A DNA stretch of 64,000 nucleotides from Eledone cirrhosa (GCA_964016885.1 OZ024750.1:15748001-15812000); one strand, 5' to 3'. Counted from the first letter of the stretch, positions 28,426 through 44,882 are shown. A program made the numbers and translations. The notes: generated from the letters alone by a model not told the origin.

Positions 28426-29433
28426 CAACATTGTATTACTTCCACACCCGCCCTACAGAGAAAGTCAAATGATAATGCTTTTGTGGTATTCGTTCCGTCT
28501 CTCTGCACTCTCATTTCCGTATTTTGTGGTATTCGTTCCGAGGTGGATAAGAAAAAAAGGACTGATGGCGATTTTTCTCCTGTGTCCCTGTCTTATTTTC
28601 ATTGTCTTCCTCACTCCCCCCTTTCCCTGGGAGAGATTGACTGTGTTCAACCTGATGAGGGGACAGGCTCCGCTGTATTTTACAAATGCCCAAGACATAC
28701 CGTATGGCTCAACGGCACAACGGCGCTCCTACGATTCCATTAAAAATTACTGATCCAGACGATATGCATCTTACTTTTTTTTTTCATTAATATATTTGTT
28801 CTTTTTCTCTGTCTCCCTCTCTTTCTCTCGAATTTTCTCTCTTATTTCCCTTACCGCTTTTTTTTGTTCTTCTGCTTTCTACTTTACACAGAGTTATATA
28901 ATATACATCCTTACAGCCGTTCTAGATCTTTCTTACTGACCTATCATTTCCCTCACCCCGATTCCTTCTCTTTCACAGTCTCACTATTCTGATGTGCACA
29001 TTGTTGTTGCTGTCAAATTATAAACTGTTGTTATTGTTGTTGCTGTTGTTTTCCTGAAAATATATTTTCAATCAGGCTGAGAATAGTGTGTGGGCGATTC
29101 CAGAGCTTTCTCCAAGTCACGTGTCGAGACGTGTGATTTAATATATAGCTCTTATGAATGTGGAAATGGGTGGTTATACGTATGTACTTCTGTATGAGCT
29201 TCAGTTTATGGTTCTTTGTGTATACTAAAATGTTTATATATGCTGATATATATATATGTATATGTATATGTATTGGTATATATTTGTGTAGCTCTACATA
29301 CAAACACATACACACGCATACACGCAAATATACTTACACACATGCCCACACATGCACATACTTGCACACACATATATATAGTATTATATATGTACACACA
29401 CATGTACTCATATAAATTTAAATATATATGTAT

Positions 29434-29511
<78 letters not shown>

Positions 29512-29539
29512 ATATATATATATATATATATAGTAATAA

Positions 29540-29750
29540 TAATAAGTGTTAAGACTAAAATCCAAAGAGGGCTCGATAGGGATAAATATATATCAAATAT
29601 ATAAGAATCCTAGAGCAAATATTTATTAAAATAACAGATTAAAGTTTAAGCAAAGCATCGCTGCTTTCACCCTTAACGGGATCTTCTGAGTTTCAGAAGA
29701 CCCCGTTAAGGGTGAAAGCAGCGATTCTTTGCTTAAACTTTAATATGTTA
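29540..29750 (-). mobile_element. PLE-like terminus family E, ~52-bp fold-back with variant-core hammerhead
   Basis: agttt-CAGAAGA-ccccgttaagggt-GAAA-gca...tgcTT-aaact at 29689-29739; relatives at 52073-52240 and 52485-52560. Confidence 0.7.
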
Positions 29751-29835
29751 TAAATATATATATTCATGTATGGATATATATATATTTATGTACATGGATG
29801 TATATTTGTATGTACATATTTACAAACATGCATAC

Positions 29836-29937
<102 letters not shown>

Positions 29938-30380
29938 GGTAAACAAAGATAACAACACTATCGGTACAGTAGATGGGAGAAATTTAGTAGGTTAACACCT
30001 GAAATAACAGGAAGAGGGTCTTACAAGGTAATCGATTGACAAATTAGAGCGATGCAATATTTGCTCCAATACCCGTGCTCTTAGTTCAAATCACGTCGGC
30101 GTCCACATTAGCTTTCGTCTTTTCCGGGTCGATAAGAACCTACCAAACCAGAGCAGATGCAGCTCTCTCTTACAACAGCTGTTGTATTCGGAATTTTCCA
30201 CTGGATCAAGCGTGGGAAGGTTAAAATAATGTCTGTCTGTTTGCTCACGACTATAATCTAAAACCTTAGCGAAAACATTGTATATGCTACCACGTCTGCT
30301 TCCATTATAAGAGACAATTGTATATATAGTATTATACACACACACACACACGCGCGCACACATACACACACACACACACG

Positions 30381-30437
<57 letters not shown>

Positions 30438-30458
30438 GCACACACACACACACACACA

Positions 30459-30512
<54 letters not shown>

Positions 30513-30539
30513 GTAAGTGCAAGAAGGAGGATTTATTTC

Positions 30540-31440
30540 CAAGCCAAGCTTTGTGGGGCCTTCCTCTTTGCTCGGATGGCATCTTTGACCTCTTGATTGA
30601 TCTAAGGGGTCTTCATGTCATCCGGCGCCACACGAAGCCTCTTTCTCTCGCAGCATTTAACAGCTGAAGCGGAAATTGCTGAGCTGAACAATCCCCACTC
30701 TGTCTCAAGGTCGTCAGTTTATTCAGGGAATTCTCTGAATTTGGGATGTAATAGTATCAGCATACTTGGTCCTGACTTCGTTATCCACCAACGCTACCCA
30801 CTTTATTCTGTATGACGCCCTGGATCTTCCATTTTTGTGGGCTTCTTTGGCTTTAGGTCCTCTCAAGTTTGGTAGTCTCAACTTGATGATGATCAGTTGA
30901 CAGCTCAACCTCAGAACATCCAGCACAGAATCAAACAGATCAGAGACAATAACAAAATCAGTTATTGATTTCTGTCCCTGATTCCCCTTATACCATGTAT
31001 TTTTATGGATGTCTCCGTGCTGGAAGGAGGAGTTAATAATAGAGAGTCCATTGCTAGAACAGAAGTCTATTAAGTCCTTTCCATTAGTATTTAGATCGGT
31101 GTCGGCGTTCCTTCCAATCATTCATTTCTATGTCAGGTGGTCAGTGCCAACATGTGCATTGAAGTCTCCTGCAGCGACTTCCATGAAAGATGTCTATTCA
31201 GACTCCTTGTTTGGTGTATAAACTTGCACCACCCACACAAACTTGCACCACCCACACAAACTTGCACCACCCACACAAACTTGCACCACCCACATAGATT
31301 TATCTTTCAGCTGCCCACTTTTCACTGTTGATAAAGCTGGAACGTCATCTCCGAATGTAGCAACTATATCAGCGTGAATGTTCTTGGGGACTAAAACCCT
31401 TTTTTCAGGTACTTGGTAACACCACGATGTTAAATTTTGT
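30540..31440 (-). pseudogene. LINE (RTE/RTE-X-like) APE endonuclease fragment
   Basis: GDFNAHVG; NGKDLIDFCSSNGLSIINSSFQH..HK.TWY.....KS.TDFVIVS; contains a 19-bp x4 tandem repeat at 31221-31295. Confidence 0.8.
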
Positions 31441-31534
31441 CCATTTTCAAGACAAGTCGCTACTAGATACTTTTGAAGTCTTCTTTCAACAATCAGATGT
31501 CAGTTTACCAGTAAAAATACAATGCAGTTATTAA

Positions 31535-31724
31535 TAATTGTTTCTACTTTAGGCACAAGGCCAGCAATTACCCAGTGCATTACTGGTACTTTATTTTATC
31601 TACCCCGTAAGGATGAAAGGCAAAGTGAACCTCGGCGGGATTTGAACTCAGATCGTAAAGGGACGTAACTATGCTGGAAAGCATGGCGTCCGACCCTCCA
31701 CCGATACTGCCAATCCACCGCCCT
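31535..31724 (-). mobile_element. SINE with TSD atgcagttattaataat
   Basis: Family consensus with flanking direct repeat. Confidence 0.9.
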
Positions 31725-32068
31725 TATGCAGTTATTAATAATAATTGAAATTAATGCAGGCAAGATTTCACAGCGCTAGCATCACTCCTTAATAGTCAGC
31801 CTAAAACTTTTCAGTCCACCTTGTATATGTATATTTACAAAGGTATCTGGACAATAAGAGGTCTGTGTTCGATTATCAAGTGTACAGATGCCCAATGTTT
31901 TAGTTATGGGGAAATATATATCCTGTTATTAGACTAGTTGGTGTAGTTACAATATGGCGGAAGCTCTAATTCAGTTCTCAAATTTTAAATCATGGCCATA
32001 TTATAAACAAACGCTTGCCCATCTACACGCACGCATGCACACACGCACGCGCGCACACACGCACACGT

Positions 32069-32140
<72 letters not shown>

Positions 32141-32143
32141 GCA

Positions 32144-32592
<449 letters not shown>

Positions 32593-32707
32593 TGTTCAAA
32601 TCCCGTCGAGGTTAACTTTGCCTTACATCCTTACGGGGTCGATAAAATAAAGTACCAGTAATGTACTGGGTAATTGGTGGCCTTGTGCCGAAAGTAGAAA
32701 CAATTAT
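32593..32707 (+). mobile_element. 5'-truncated SINE
   Basis: Family consensus from the B-box onward. Confidence 0.85.
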
Positions 32708-32730
32708 CATAATATATTTATATATATATA

Positions 32731-32986
<256 letters not shown>

Positions 32987-33195
32987 GTAGGAAAATAGAA
33001 AAAAGAAACTCAGCGTAAAGCAACCGTTAAAGCAGCAAAAATGTCGTCGAAACTGTTGGGTAAAACATTACCTCGAAGTATAGAAATCAGCGGCTCGAAG
33101 GATTGATAGGAAGAAATAGAATGGATGATAGATGACAAACATTTAAATACACTCATCAGCTTTCAGACCACCTGCAGTTTCGACGATTTATATAT

Positions 33196-33340
33196 AATTG
33201 TTTCTACGTTTGGCACAAGGCCAGAAATTACCCAGAGCATTACTGGTACTTTATTTTATCGACCCCGTAAGGATGAAAGGCAAAGTTAACCTCGGCGGGA
33301 TTTGAACTCAGAATGGCAAGGGCCGTAACTCTATACGTCA
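33196..33340 (-). mobile_element. SINE (truncated)
   Basis: Family consensus. Confidence 0.85.
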
Positions 33341-34160
33341 TATAATGTGTGTGTGTGTTTACGTTGACTTCACTTAAAAATCTGATGTTCTTTGTTTATG
33401 TCCCATTACATGGCAGTTCGCCAAACAGAGATCGACAAATGTACTGGGCCGATTTGATCAACTAAACTTTTCAGGACTGTACACTAGCATTACCATATAC
33501 TAAAAAAGATACTTAAATCAGGAAAATAAATTAGAGGATATAAAATAAAATACATATATAGCAAATCATTTGGCCAGATTGAGAGAGGGGGGGGGGGGGG
33601 ACTGAGAGACTGAGAGAGAAAACAAAAACAAACAAGTTTTTGTAACTATATATTTTTATTTAGCTACAAAACTTGTTTTTCTTTCTTTTCCAGAATAATT
33701 TGCTTGTGTATTTTGTAATGGAAAATGGAAAATAACATTTTATTTTCAGTTTAATGACTTTCGAATAACTGGTCGTATTAACACGTGATCATGACTAGGT
33801 TTGATTAACAATTTGTCACATGGTACAGGAACACACTTTACTTCTTGTTCTGTGAAAGAATAAACAAACAAAAAGAAATCAACAACAACACTAACAAAAG
33901 AGATGTGAAAATACAACGATTGCAAATGTCAAACCTGGAGAAAAAACAAATTAATAAATCCTGTTTTCAGATGAAATACTTCTTTAAAACTCTTCAAATT
34001 TCTCACACATATACTGAGTACTTGAAACATACCATTGATTTAAAGTTCGATCTCATATCGTGATATCTTGGGCAAATGTCGACCCGAGTCTTATAAGTGA
34101 AATTGGGTAGAAAGAAACTGTGTTGAAGTCTGTCGTATGGGCTGTAATAATAATAATATT

Positions 34161-34349
34161 GAGGATTGGCTGTGTCGGTAGACGGTCGGACGCCATCCTT
34201 TGCAGCAAAGAGATACGGCCCTTTACGGTCTGAGTTCAAATCCCGCCGAGGTTAACTTTGCCTTTCATCCTTACGGGGGTCGATAAAATAAAGTACCAGT
34301 AATGTACTGGGTAATTGCTGGCCTTGTGCCAAAAGTAGAAACAATTATT
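34161..34349 (+). mobile_element. SINE
   Basis: Family consensus. Confidence 0.9.
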
Positions 34350-34529
34350 GAAAGTTACAGCCCTTTTCATATATTGGGCCACGCCAATTCTGCCCAACAA
34401 TTACGTTAAGAATACTCGTGTCTGTGGATAACTCGGCCACTTACATTAAGTAATTCATGAGTCGGACATTGACTTGATCTAACGACTGATTACTCATTGA
34501 CGAAATCAACGAAGGATTCATCATCACCC

Positions 34530-34568
<39 letters not shown>

Positions 34569-34884
34569 CTAATGGAGAATCTGAGTCTAAAGCTGATTCA
34601 CAAATCCTAGTCTACAATTGAGTTCTAGAAGCAATTTTCAGAAATAAAATATCCTGAACCGAAGAAAATTGACCCTTGATTCATATTAATTTCCAGCACA
34701 CTGTTAGGAATCGTCTTATTCTGTAACAGAATTTTGAAATTGGAACATTTAATGCAATTCTTAGGGCGGCGAATTGGTGGTATTCGCTCCAGCTCTCTAC
34801 TATTTTATGTAAGAAACTTTATTAAGTTATGCTCCAAAAATCACCTGACAAATATTGAGAAAGTTTGTTCTATTATCATATACC

Positions 34885-36096
34885 GGTAGATTGGCAGTAT
34901 CAGTGGAAGGTCAGACACCGTGCTTTGCAGCATAGAGTTATGCCCCTTTACGGTCTGAGTTCAAATCCTTAGGTTAACTTTGCCTTTCATCCCCACGCGG
35001 TCGATAAAATAAAGTACCAGTCACGCGCTGGGGTCGATTTGATCGACTTTCCCCCTCCCCCCAAAATTGCTGACCTTTTGCCTATATAAGAAACCATTAT
35101 TGATATAAGAAACCATAATTATATACCGGTGGGTTGGCAGTATCGGTTGTGGGTCGGACACCATGCTTTGCAGCATAGAGTTACGCCCCTTTACGGTCTG
35201 AGTCCAAATCCCGCCGGGGTTACCTTTGCCTTTCATCCATTCAAAGTCGATAAAATGAAGTACCAGTGAAGAGTATCTTCAAATGCAGTCACTGCATGCA
35301 AGACTCTCACTCTCGTGTGGTCCTGTACAGCCGCCATTAGCAGCCGACACAAAATTCTCCAGACGCAGATCCATGGTCTTCCGAGACCGACGGATGCCAA
35401 TAGAATAGAATAGAACAATAGAAGAGCTGGCGGAATCGTTAGAGTGTCGGACAAATGCTTAGCTATACTTGTTTCAGCTCTTCTCGTTCTGAGTTCAAAT
35501 CCGGCCAAGGTCAACTTTCCCTTTCATCCTTTCAAGGTCGTTAAAATAATGTAGTAGTAAAGTACTGGGGTCGATATAATCGACTTTCCTCTCCACACAA
35601 ATTACTATTCCTGTGCTTAAATTAAAATAATTATCTATATAAAATTATACAATGTATACAATGTATATGTAACAATAAAAACGTGCGCTCAGATATTGTT
35701 CACGTCTGCAACAATTCGACTTTATCACACATGGCCTTTCATTTACCTCTTTCATACCAAATTGCTTAAAACCGGTTAATACAAAATGATTTGCTTTATA
35801 TTTATCTGAAAACCTTTCATCGTAATTTTATGTAAGAAACTTTGTTAAGTTATGCTAAAAAAAAACAGCAGACAAATATTGAGAAAGTTTGCTCTATTAT
35901 TATATACCGGTGGATTGGCAGTATCGGTAGAGGGTCGGACACCATGCTCTGCAGCATAGAGTTACACCCCTTTACGGTTTGAGTTCAGATCCCGACGAGA
36001 TTAACTTTACCTTTCATCCTTACGGGGTCGATAAAATAAAGTACCAGTAATGCACTGGGATAATTGCTGGCCTTGTGCCAAAAGTAGAAACAATTA
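34885..36096 (+). mobile_element. SINE cluster (34885-35100, 35126-35267, 35425-35630, 35907-36096) with an RTE 3' end at 35270-35420
   Basis: SINE consensus; FKCSHC..DSHSRV and atggtcttccgagaccgacggatgcca(atagaa)n. Confidence 0.8.
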
Positions 36097-36551
36097 TAAC
36101 CTCCAAAGTTTGATTAATTTCAAAATGATTTGAAGATCATAGACAGTGTCTTTCATTAGAAATTTGGTAACGAAAAGATTAAGCAAGTTTAGTTACCTTT
36201 AATATAGACTGATTATGACAGGGGACTACCTTAAATATATAGCAGATCTGTCAACCTCTAGAAACCCAAACGGGGAGTACGATGAAGAAAAAGAGAGATA
36301 GATGGAAGTAAGAAAATAAAGAAACAGGAATAGAAAAAATGTTTTTCACGGGAGGAAAGTACAAGTGCCAACCGCTCGCTGTGTTTCTGAGTAGGACACT
36401 TTATCTTACATTGACCCAATCCACCTAGTTTTCAGGCATAGTAAGCAGGTTTTCTGGAGTGATCATCTGTATATACATAAGTTCCATTATTAAAGATCGA
36501 TTGCTTAACTGAAAGTATCAGTTCGTGGAATAAATAAATATTTCATCATAC

Positions 36552-36864
36552 AACCAGCCAGCCAACCAGCCGGCCAACCAGTCAATCGACCAACCAACCA
36601 GCCAGCCAACCAGCCAACCAGCCAGCCAACCAGCAAACCAGCCAACCAGCCAACCAGCCAACCAGCCAACCGGCCAGATAGCCAGTCAGTCAACCAACCA
36701 ACCAACCAGCCAACCAGCCAGCCAACCAGCCAATCAACCAACCATCCAGCCAGCCAACCAGCCAACCAACAAACCATCCAGCCAGCCAACCATCCAGCCA
36801 ACCAGCCAGCCAGTCTTCCAGCCAGCCAACCAGCCAGCCAACCAGCCACCCGGCCAGCCAGCCA
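36552..36864. repeat. (CCAG/CCAA)n degenerate tetranucleotide repeat
   Basis: Direct inspection. Confidence 0.95.
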
Positions 36865-37249
36865 TGAATTGTATTTCTGGTCAATGAATTTTGTTTTTTT
36901 ACTCAATATAACCGGTTGTAAATTAGACAATCAGCCATTCAGGTTAGTAGATGATCGATGAACAACGTTATACAGTTGGAAGGCCATGAAACATTAAAAA
37001 TAGATCAAAGAAATATTAGCCTAATAATAAGACTCTGACAACTACGACAGAAACAGCAAGGGCGGCTATGACAAAATCAACACCAATATAGAGGTAGTGG
37101 AAAGTATTAATGTATTGTTGATTCAGGTTGTACACCACACGCCGCCAGAAATCTTTATTGATTTGAAATAACGATTTCTTACATAGCACAAGATCACATA
37201 TTTTAGTAGTAGATGTATAGCTATTACAGAGAAGAAGGTTATAACTTAT

Positions 37250-38007
37250 TTTGACGTATGGTAAAAAGCGAAGTCCATACTGGTGGAATTTGAACTCACA
37301 ACGCAAAAGTTAACTAAATACCACAAAACATTTAATCAAGTACTTTAACATTTCTGCTATCGATTTGAAATAATTGCAAAGCCAACAATTTTGGAGGAGG
37401 GGGATGTCAATTAAATCGACTCCAGTGCGTTACTGGTACTTAATTTTATCGACTCCGTAAGAATAAATAACAGAGACAACCACGGCGAGACCGATTCCGT
37501 AAGAAAGAAAGTCAAAGACAACTACGGCGAGATTTGAATTCAGAACGGCAAGAACCGTAAATATATGCCTCAAAGCATAATGCTCAACTCTCTACCGATC
37601 CTGCCAATCCACCGCTCTTTTGATTTTAAATAATGGTTTCTTATATAGGCACAAGTACGACCCCAGTACGTGACTGGTACTTTATTTTATCGACCCCGTA
37701 AGGATGAAAGGTAAAGTTAACCTCGACGGGATTTGAACTTAGATCATAAGGGGCCGTAACCCTTTGCTGCAAAGCATGGTGTCAAACCCTCTACCGATAC
37801 TGCCAATCCACCATCTTTTGATTTGAAATAATTGTTTCTACTTTAGGCACAAAGCCAGCAATTACCCAGTGCATTACTGGTACTTTATTTTATCGACCCC
37901 GTAAGGATGAAAGGCAAAGTCAACCTCGGCGGGATTTGAACTCAGATCGTAAAGGGACGTAACTATGCTGGAAAGCATGGCGTCCGACCCTCTACTGATA
38001 CTGCCAA
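37250..38007 (-). mobile_element. Head-to-tail array of ~4 SINEs
   Basis: Copies separated by gattt(g/t)aaataa at ~37362, 37622, 37820 and 38022. Confidence 0.85.
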
Positions 38008-38199
38008 TGGAAACACCTTTTGATTTGAAATAATGTCATTGATTTTTGTTAAATAAGTACAAGGTCACAATTTATGCCGATTCAGCTGCTTTATATTACT
38101 CGTACTTCGGCACCGAAATATGAATACCTAGGGGAAATTTTCCATACGATTATAATTACCTCCATCAAAAAGAATGACAGGAAAATATAGAGTATCTAA

Positions 38200-38420
38200 A
38201 TAATGGTTTCTTATATAGGCACAAGGCCAGCAATTTGGGGGAGGAAAAAGTCGACTAAATCCACCCCAGTACGTGACTGGTACTTTATTTTATTGACCCC
38301 GTAAGGATGAGAGGCAAAGTTAACCTCGGCAGGATTTGAACTCAGACCATAAAGGGTCGTAACTCTATGCTGCAAAGCATGGCGTCCGACCCTCTACCGA
38401 TACTGCCAGTCCACCGCCCT
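38200..38420 (-). mobile_element. SINE (long-tail variant)
   Basis: Family consensus. Confidence 0.9.
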
Positions 38421-38741
38421 ATAGCATCTAAACAATAACCTTTTACTAACATTTAACGATTTAGTATTTGACTTCAACTCTTTCACTTCTAAAGTCAACT
38501 AAGATGCAAATGAAATATTTTTATCTGGTTTTATGTTTTATGCTGCTATTATTGTTTTACCCCAGATAAAACCGACATACCTATAATCAAAAGCAATCCT
38601 AGCTAAGATCAAACCTTATTCTATAGGTTCTTCGAATGGTTTGAAGGATATTCGGCTGTTCTTTTGTGAGAGGTTGAGCGACCACGTAGAAACTCCACAT
38701 TAACTCAGAGGGTTGGTTTGACATCGCATTATATAAAACGA

Positions 38742-38927
38742 GGGTGGTGAATTGGCAGTATCGGTAGAGTGTCGGACATGCTTTCCAGCATAGTTACGTC
38801 CCTTTACGATCTGAGTTCAAATCCCGCCGAGGTTAACTTTGCCTTTCATCCTTACGGGGTCGATAAAATAAAGTACCAGTAATGTACTGGGTAATTGCTG
38901 GCCTTGTGCCAATAGTAGAAACAATTA
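38742..38927 (+). mobile_element. SINE with TSD attatataaaacga
   Basis: Family consensus with flanking direct repeat. Confidence 0.9.
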
Positions 38928-39331
38928 TATAAAACGAATTGGTTGTTCACTCTTAATTTATTAAATTTTGAGCTCTGCCGTTTGTGTCATAACAGTCCAT
39001 AATGTGCCTTCTCCATTCTGTCCGCCGGGGCTGTGGGGCGGCCAGCAAGTGGGACCCCTTTTCCTCATTATACAGAGAGATGGGGAGGGCAAGAGAGATG
39101 GGGGCGGAAACATTGCACATGTCAAGAGTGTTTCTCAAACTCAGAGATTATGAAACGTAATCTACAGAAGCTGAAAAATCATTCTGCCTTTTGGGTTACT
39201 GATTGACCAAAGATACTGATGAGCATTGAGTTTCTATAATCTTTACCAGGACATATATTGGTAAACTCGGATATAACCTAACACACACACACACACATAT
39301 ATATTTATATATATATTTAAAGACAGAAATT

Positions 39332-39435
39332 TTTCTCTGATGAGTCTTTAAGTACATGTCTACGGTAGATTACAAACATCTATATCTACCTGCTGTATTA
39401 TGAATGTATTTAAGGACGAAACACAGTGTAAGAAA
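39332..39435 (+). ncRNA. Hammerhead ribozyme with 74-nt stem II domain
   Basis: tttct-CTGATGA-gtctttaagtacat...atgtatttaaggac-GAAA-ca-cag-tGTA-agaaa. Confidence 0.85.
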
Positions 39436-39487
39436 TAAATTTTGTTATTAAATGTCTTGCTTCCTCCACCATATATTTCTGCATATG

Positions 39488-39561
<74 letters not shown>

Positions 39562-39692
39562 AAACAAAGAAAATTTCAATGATACGAAAGATTTCCTGCT
39601 GGAAGTTCAGGTGTACTCCAGGTTGGTATCCAGTTTCGGGGTGAAAATCCAGTTAGAAAATCCAACGAATTTTGAGAGGTCCACGTAAGCGT

Positions 39693-39796
<104 letters not shown>

Positions 39797-39845
39797 GATT
39801 CTACAGGACTAGAACTGTTTCATTCTTGAGATATCATCAGGAATC
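39797..39845 (-). ncRNA. Hammerhead ribozyme, family A
   Basis: gattc-CTGATGA-tatctcaagaat-GAAA-cagttctagtcctGTA-gaatc. Confidence 0.7.
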
Positions 39846-39862
39846 AACCCCGGAATAACTTA

Positions 39863-40203
<341 letters not shown>

Positions 40204-40416
40204 TCATGTTGACATCTCTTGCAAAACTGTTGGTGCTGGCGTTTTGTGTATGATTTATTTTTTAGAAAAGTGAATGATGGCGCGCGTCTACTTGAAAAGG
40301 AAAAAAAAACCGTTTTGTAAAAAGAACTATACTTGTGCACGTGTGTAAGCATCTGTGTGTGTGTAATGAAGACATAACATGTCGTCCTTTTTATCATTAT
40401 AATGTCAACTTTGCAT

Positions 40417-40604
40417 TGGTGGATTGGCAGTATTGGTAGAGGGGCGGACGCCATGCTTTGACGTATAGAGTTACGGCTCTTGCCATTCTGAGTTCAAATC
40501 CCGCCGAGGTTAACTTTGCCTTTCATCCTTACGGGGTCGATAAAATAAAGTACCAGTAATGCACTGGGTAATTGCTGGCCTTGTGCCAAAAGTAGAAACA
40601 ATTA
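40417..40604 (+). mobile_element. SINE
   Basis: Family consensus. Confidence 0.9.
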
Positions 40605-40606
40605 TA

Positions 40607-40629
<23 letters not shown>

Positions 40630-40638
<9 letters not shown>

Positions 40639-40960
40639 ATCTAGTGTGGGTAAAATTCCCGAGATCCATGGACGAGTTCTTTCTAGCGGTCTCTGTCCCT
40701 CATTATCGCTGCCATGTCCTGCGTCTCCAACAGACCAGTGTCTGTCCTTAGGACATCAACATATGTTAACTTCACTTTTGAGCTGACTTTTGGGAGGCTC
40801 CCCTACAGTTCTTAGTTCTTCATCCTCAGTGTATACTGATTAATTTTCAGAGCCACCCTCAGCATTCTCGTGTAGCAGCCATTCACCATCTGAGTGAGTT
40901 TCTTGGTCAGTGTCCAAGTCTCAGACCCGTGCAGCAGCACAAACTCCACTACAGCAAAGA
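40630..40960 (-). pseudogene. RTE-X-like LINE C-terminal fragment
   Basis: VVEFVLLHGSETWTLTKKLTQMVNGCYTRMLRVALKI. Confidence 0.75.
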
Positions 40961-41141
40961 GGTGTTACATATGAGATTTATTGCTTAACCCAGTTACAAT
41001 GTTTCCCAGGCAACCGGCTCGTGATCTGGGGTCATCATCCCAGACCAGATTTCAAGCCTGCCTGATCCTCAGACCAGTGTTAACACATCAAATCTGAAGA
41101 CAAACCAGCTTTTGCACACACACACACACACACCACACACA

Positions 41142-41229
<88 letters not shown>

Positions 41230-41274
41230 CATACATACATACATACACACATATATATATATATATATATATAT

Positions 41275-41921
<647 letters not shown>

Positions 41922-43229
41922 ACGCGCGCGCGCGCGCGCGTAGTTCTCACTCATCAATGAAGGTTGAACTGTTAAAAGAGAATTGTATTTGTCTGTCAGA
42001 CTTGCAGTAGTAATGTAATGCGAACCACCAGACAACTAAATGACTGGCATTGTAACGACTCCACTGGTGTTTATATCAAGTTGAACAACTTTCCAGTTAA
42101 TACCGATACAACCTTTTTGAGACAAGAAATACTTTGAAAGACATTTTATCAAATCACGTGCACTTTGCTTCTTTATAAGAACGATAGTTTTTAAGTCTTC
42201 CATAACCTACCACATGCTTTGTAAGAGTCACGTGTTGTTGTGAATAATGTTTAATTAATCTACAGCCTTTCATTGTTATGTGAATTCGTAAGACTTCATT
42301 ACGCCGAATGCTTGCCATTTGCTTCGTTGCCCTTTAAACAACAACAACAAACAAACAAAACAAAAACAGACCTTTTCTTTCTTTTTATTTTTTTTTTCTT
42401 AAACAAGAATTCATTGTGCAATAATAACAGAGAACAATAACACAGGATAAGAATAATAAGAATTTATTAAAAAATAAAATGTTTTTATTACTGCATGAAG
42501 TGAAGTTCTCAATATCCCACGATGTGTATTGTGATTGTGAAAAATAAAAAACCTGATTTTCGTTAGATCTATAATGAACGTCTGCACCACCACAGCCCCC
42601 CCCCCCCCCAGGACCTCCAAGAGAAATTTCGCAAGGCGGTACAAGAACCCTTTGGGGTCCGAAGCAGGCAAAGATTTTTTTCTCAAATTGGATTTTCCAT
42701 GGTTGCTGTAGAGGCCTTCTTGTCTTTTGGGCCCCCGGAACAATGTACCGGTTGGACACCCCCACACCCCATCTTAGGCCCCGAATCCCTCCCCCAATCC
42801 TAAAATGTAATTCAAAGTAAAGCCCAGCAAAACATTTTAGGCGGTTGTAGAATAGATTTAGAATATATACAGGGCTTTTAGTGTGTTTGTGTGGAAAGAC
42901 AGATAGAGCGAAGAGATAGGAGGGGGGGGGGGGAGAAAGATAGAGCGAAGAGAGAGAGGGGGGAGAAAGAGAGAGCGAAGAGAGAGAGGGAGGAGAAAGA
43001 TAGAGAAAAAGAGAATATATATGCATGTATATTTCATTTCCATGTTTATGTGTATGTATGTATGTATGTATGTATGTATGTATGTATGTATGTATGTATG
43101 TATGTATGTATGTATGTATGTATGTATGTATGTATGTATGTATGCGTGTAAGTATGTAATGCATGTATGTATGTGTGTATGCGTGTAAGTATGTATGTAT
43201 ATATGTATGTATGTAAGTATGTATGTATG

Positions 43230-43563
43230 TTTTCTCTTTCTCTTAATTTTGAGTATATTTTTTTGACCGGCCACCTTCCTGGTGGCAAGGTTGTAAAAGA
43301 AAAGAAATTGTCATCCCTTGAATCGCAAGAATGTTTTGCAAATTTTGAAGGTGCCAGCTATCGCAGCCATTTGTAGACTATGAATTAGGGAGCTGCGCTT
43401 TTTGCCCGCAAATCCAAGTTCAGTCATACTTTGGTCCAAGCGGGTTGGTATATAACCCGTAGCACCAATAATGATGGGTATGAAGCTAAAGGTGTATCTT
43501 GGATACTGGATTTGTAAACTCCTCATCAATGGTCCGTAGATGTCCTCCTTCTCCTGTATTTTT
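43230..43563 (-). pseudogene. R4/Dong-like RLE retrotransposon 3' end in (TACA)n
   Basis: YGPLMRSLQ..YP.Y.F.FIPIIIGATG.IP..L...LG......LQ..AIAGT.KICKTFL; flanked by (TATG)n on both sides. Confidence 0.7.
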
Positions 43564-43772
43564 ATGTATGTATGTATGTATGTATGTATGTATGTATGTA
43601 TGTATGTATGTATGTATGTATGTATGTATGCATGTATGTATATACATATGTTTATATGAATGTATGTATATATTTATGCATGCATGCATGTATGTTTCTA
43701 TATAAGTATATATATGTTTATATGTATCTATATATATAAGTATGTATATGTTTATATGTATGTATGTATATG

Positions 43773-43805
<33 letters not shown>

Positions 43806-44280
43806 ATGTATATATATGTATGTATATGTTTATATGTATTATGTATATATATATATATGTGTGTGTGTATGTATGTATGTATGTTTGTATGCATTCGTGT
43901 GTGTGTCTATGCGTGTATAATTAGAGAAAACTAAATAACATTTTCCCGCTATATTATGTTAGAAAAGAATCACCTAAAGATTGTTTATTCTCGTATAAAC
44001 AGAAACAACTATTCCTGCTCTCGAGAAATACAGAAAACAAACACATTTACACACAAGAAGCAATTCCAATGCATCTGCGGTAAATTTCGTAAAGGAACCT
44101 GACCTAATGCCAAATATTTCATAATTTTGTCTGCGATTTTGTATGACTTATTTAACAAGCAAAAAACTAGCTCATTGACCCGGAAGAAGTGGTAGGATAA
44201 AGAAGAGGAGAAATCTGTGCTATCGGATAGTTTAAGCTTTTTGTATTTTGTTGCTCAGTAGAAACACGGTTAAATATTTT

Positions 44281-44343
<63 letters not shown>

Positions 44344-44349
<6 letters not shown>

Positions 44350-44482
44350 AAAGTTTGTCCTTCATCGCTTTAAAGACCAGATTGGTCTTTAAAGCTATGA
44401 AATGCCTATGATGGTTGGAAGATCACTGATGAAGGACAAACTTTTTTCATATGTAACCCATTTGCAACTCCGCAGCACCCTT

Positions 44483-44487
<5 letters not shown>
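44344..44487 (+). mobile_element. Short fold-back plus tail in (TA)n
   Basis: atgaaaaaagtttgtccttcatc/gatgaaggacaaacttttttcat with an inner gctttaaagacca/tggtctttaaagc. Confidence 0.6.

Positions 44488-44882
<395 letters not shown>

Noticed and set aside
28640-28715. CTGATGAggg...ccc-AAGA-catac/gtatg hammerhead-like motif
   Set aside because: GAAA and the cleavage triplet are both mutated and stem I is unclear; at most a fossil
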